Source: an uncultured Fibrobacterota bacterium
GTDB lineage: Bacteria; Fibrobacterota; Chitinivibrionia; Chitinivibrionales; FEN-1185
Length of the DNA stretch: 64,000 nucleotides
NCBI GenBank assembly: GCA_963753345.1
Contig: CAVWBU010000019.1
Span: 32,001-96,000, forward strand
Reading direction: 5' to 3'
The notes under the pieces were generated by a model. The model made no database searches and had not been told where the DNA came from. It saw only the letters and a program-made list of their open reading frames with translations. The first letter of the stretch is position 1, and each line of letters starts with the position of its first letter. A program made the position numbers and the translations under genes. This document shows positions 59,721 to 64,000 of the stretch, piece by piece.

Positions 59721-60260
59721 TTAATTTCCGGCCATTGCCATCAGTGCGTTCACGGTTTTCCAATTTCTTGTTGTTGCGATGCAGGACAGTTTCTTTTCGA
59801 AGGCATTGTTGTTGAGTTTAGTCCTGCCGTAGCCGTGGGGAAGACAAAGGAAGATTTCTTTTTCAATGATCTTGAATTCCTCGTCTTTTTCTTTGGGCGT
59901 GACGAGAGAAGTGATGGTCTTCTTATCAGGCGTTTGAGCCAGGAAAGTCACATATAAATACTCGATTTTGGTATTGCCCGATAGAAATGGATTTTCACTC
60001 ACTATTGTTGATAAATCATTTCCGGTCCGTACCACGGCCGGGATTTTAAAACCGAATGTTTTCTGCAATCTTTTCTCAATCATGGATGTGATTTTTCCTG
60101 TTTCGCTTTCCGATGCGTCAAACACGATGTTCCCGCTCTGCACGTAGGTACGGACATCTTTGAATTTGAGGGACTCGAATGCAGAGACCAGGTCGGCCAT
60201 TTTAACTGGTGCTTTACCCCCTAAATTTATTCCGCGGAGTAGTGCTACGAAAGTAGGCAT
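59721..60260 (-). CDS. DUF1697 family protein
   Basis: VALLRGINLGG, TYVQSGN, TTRNWKT. Confidence 0.9.
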   Translation of the reverse strand: MPTFVALLRGINLGGKAPVKMADLVSAFESLKFKDVRTYVQSGNIVFDASESETGKITSMIEKRLQKTFGFKIPAVVRTGNDLSTIVSENPFLSGNTKIEYLYVTFLAQTPDKKTITSLVTPKEKDEEFKIIEKEIFLCLPHGYGRTKLNNNAFEKKLSCIATTRNWKTVNALMAMAGN

Positions 60261-60316
60261 TGTGAAATTGACCTCACAGACTATGCGAATGCGGAAGAAG
60301 ATATAAACGGCAGCAT

Positions 60317-60591
60317 CTCTGTTGCCGAGCGTTAGGCCGGACTGGAGGCCGCGCCAGAGCGCGGTGCCGCCCGGACCCGGCCGCGTACTCGCGGCATAGG
60401 GACGAGGCGGCCCGAGGGCGAGCCCGAGACCGGAAGGAGGGCCGACCCGAGCCTGAGCAACACCATGAGCGAAGTTGAAGGGCGAAGGCGAGGGGAACGC
60501 CCATATTCTTTGTTTGGATTACTATTGCAAGGAGGCCGAGGCCGGGGGAGACGACCCTTGGAAGTACCCGACGGGGTAAACTTCTCCCCCG
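60317..60591 (-). repeat. Module B (60317-60503, minus) with adjacent module D (60540-60591)
   Basis: High identity to the 14865 and 53609 copies; D = GACGACCCTTGGAAGTACCCGACGGGGTA. Confidence 0.85.
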
Positions 60592-60612
60592 CCTCTTTTT
60601 TCTTATGGATTA

Positions 60613-62043
<1,431 letters not shown>

Positions 62044-62139
62044 GATATGTGATCTCCTTGTTGATGGAAGTAAAATGCGAGGGGGAAAAATAGTTCATGC
62101 AGAGGGAAATTCAATACAATCAAGATGGGAAGAATATCT

Positions 62140-62317
62140 GGTGGGGACACCACTTCGTGGTTTCCCCTGGGGTGCAGCTTCCTTCCGCTGAAGATCAGCG
62201 GGAGGCGATCTGCACCCACACCCTTTCCAGCGGAAACGTGCGCGAGGCGCAACGCTTGCGCGTTGCGGGCGTCACGTTTCCGCAACGCCTTCCTGTAGGA
62301 ATGCCGCTACGCGGCAT
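62140..62317 (-). repeat. Dispersed repeat module C (divergent, covarying)
   Basis: Same framework as 42695-42895 with compensatory stem changes. Confidence 0.8.
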
Positions 62318-62448
62318 GGAAAACTAAAAAAGGTTCATCGCAGTATCCGGTTGTCTACAACGCGCGGCAGAGGAAATCTCTTCAGTCAAGGCATGTTGTT
62401 GCGCTATCCGGTGAGCGGGGGTGGGTTGCCCGGTCTGATGGATTTCTG

Positions 62449-62486
62449 CTGTCAACTTTCAACTCTCAACTCTCAACTTTTAACTC
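62449..62486 (-). repeat. Heptamer tandem repeat (TCAACTY)n
   Basis: tcaactt tcaactc tcaactc tcaactt ttaactc, overlapping the pfkA stop. Confidence 0.7.
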
Positions 62487-63799
62487 TTTAATAGCAGCGG
62501 CTGGCCGGTCCTGTCAATCACATCCCTCCATAGAGGGCTTTCCGGATCGACCCTGTTCCGCTTTGAGACCGCGAGCCGTATGGGCAGGTGGACGAAGTTG
62601 TTATTGACAAGAGAGATGAGCACCTCGGTCTTGCCGGCCATTGCCGCGTGCACGGCGTTGGACCCCAGCCGCGCGCAGTAGATGGAATCGGTGGTGATGG
62701 CGGGCGCGCTGCGGATCATGTAGCTCGGGTCGATGTACTTGACGCTCACCTCCACGCTCTTCTCGTCGAAGAACGCCTCCACGCGTTGCTTGAGAAACCC
62801 GCCGATGTCACCGAGCTTCTTGTTGCCCGACGCGTCGTGGCCGCCGGTCTCGCCCACAAGGTTCTGGCCCGCTCCCTCGGCAACGAGGATCACGGCGTGA
62901 TGCCGCGACTCGAGGCGTCTCGTGAGGGATGCAAGCAGGCCTTTTTCGCCGTCGAGTTCGAACGGGACCTCGGGAATGAGCACAAAATTGACATCGCCGG
63001 AAGCGAGCGCGGTGTGCGCGGCAATGAACCCGGAGTCGCGGCCCATCACTTTCACGATGCCGATGCCGTTCATCACGTCGTGCGCCTCAACGTGCGCGCT
63101 CTCCACCGCCTCCACCGCGAGCGACACTGCGGTCTCGAACCCGAAGCTCCGCTGGCAGAACGCGAGGTCGTTGTCGATGGTCTTGGGTACGCCGATCACG
63201 CCGAGCCTGGTGCCGCGCTTTTTTGCTTCCTCCGAAATGGCAAGCGCGCCTTTCATCGTGCCGTCGCCGCCGATGGCAAAGAGCATGTTGATGTTCATCT
63301 GTTCAACGGCGTCGACCATGAGCGGGATCTTTTCGCCGCCGCCGCGCGAAGAGCCGAGCAGGGTGCCGCCCATGGCGTGAAATCCGACAATGATGTCGGG
63401 CGAGAGGTCGATGGCGGGCACGCCGAATTCGGGCAGCAGGCCGCGGTAGCCGTAGCGGATGCCGGTTATCCTGCGCACGCCGTAGCGGTGCCACAGGCTC
63501 ATCACAATGGAATAGATTACGTCGTTGAGGCCGGGACACAGCCCGCCGCAGGTCACGATTGCCGCATTGACTTTTGCGGGATCGAAGAAGATCTTCTCGC
63601 GGGGCCCGGCCATTTCGAGCAGATTCTGCTTTGCAAACATGCCGGACGAAGATTGCGCAGTTGCGTTGATGTCGTATAATATGAACTGGTCGTCGGTGGC
63701 GAAATTCGCTATGAGGTCGTCCGGTTTCTTCGACAGCCTGATGGGCGACGGTATGTGCGGGGTGCCGAGCATGGGAATGGAAAAGTCGTATTGTTCCAT
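62480..63799 (-). CDS. pfkA: ATP-dependent 6-phosphofructokinase (clade X type)
   Basis: TCGGLCPG, GGDG, PKTIDND, MGRDSGF, YIDPSYMIRS. Confidence 0.92.
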   Translation of the reverse strand: MEQYDFSIPMLGTPHIPSPIRLSKKPDDLIANFATDDQFILYDINATAQSSSGMFAKQNLLEMAGPREKIFFDPAKVNAAIVTCGGLCPGLNDVIYSIVMSLWHRYGVRRITGIRYGYRGLLPEFGVPAIDLSPDIIVGFHAMGGTLLGSSRGGGEKIPLMVDAVEQMNINMLFAIGGDGTMKGALAISEEAKKRGTRLGVIGVPKTIDNDLAFCQRSFGFETAVSLAVEAVESAHVEAHDVMNGIGIVKVMGRDSGFIAAHTALASGDVNFVLIPEVPFELDGEKGLLASLTRRLESRHHAVILVAEGAGQNLVGETGGHDASGNKKLGDIGGFLKQRVEAFFDEKSVEVSVKYIDPSYMIRSAPAITTDSIYCARLGSNAVHAAMAGKTEVLISLVNNNFVHLPIRLAVSKRNRVDPESPLWRDVIDRTGQPLLLKS

Positions 63800-64000
63800 A
63801 ATATTATCTCCTTGAAAACTCCAATGTCTAATTATACAATAAGTCGCTGAAATGTACGTGGAAAAACCGGTGACGGGAATTCCGGCGCACGGTGATCCGG
63901 GTCACGTTTGCGCGGAAAGAAACGCCGCAGCGGAACAAACAGTGTATTTTGCCGGTCCAATTATTCATTGCCGGCATCGGAAAGAAAGCCCATTATGCGG

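Noticed and set aside
14865-60503. Module B as integron attC sites (contains CCTAAC/GTTAGGC)
   Set aside because: The core motifs are in the wrong order (GTT-type first, AAC-type last), there is no integron integrase, and copies are dispersed rather than in a cassette array

Overview
Chromosomal window from a GC-rich, Gram-negative, probably anaerobic bacterium. A Fibrobacterota (Chitinivibrionia-like) origin is plausible from protein style but not proven. Housekeeping genes: pgm, kdsA, gap-pgk-tpiA-secG-tRNA-Leu, rlmN, pyrKD, rlpA, der-gpsA, ettA, mscL, thyX, ahcY and pfkA. Also present are an exbB-exbD-exbD-tonB-receptor operon and a group 3b [NiFe]-hydrogenase cluster (hydBGDA-hypABF...hypCDE). 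That cluster is split by a receptor+higA insert, its large subunit has no cleavable C-terminal tail, and no maturation protease is encoded. An AT-richer, defence-like tract (about 42.9-52.8 kb) encodes three notable units plus MazEF: (1) an Mrr-type nuclease/SF2 helicase in which seven 71-aa repeats with hypervariable positions replace the methylase-TRD of Type ISP enzymes; (2) a small-protein/retropepsin-SEC-C pair; (3) a fused CapRel-like toxin-antitoxin. The intergenic DNA holds more than 15 copies of structured, covarying repeat modules (here A-E). They are combined into mosaic composites of about 260 bp and 400 bp and accompanied by heptamer tandem repeats, and no cognate mobilising enzyme is visible in the window. 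Five clear single-base +1 frameshifts (possibly six) most likely reflect sequencing errors.
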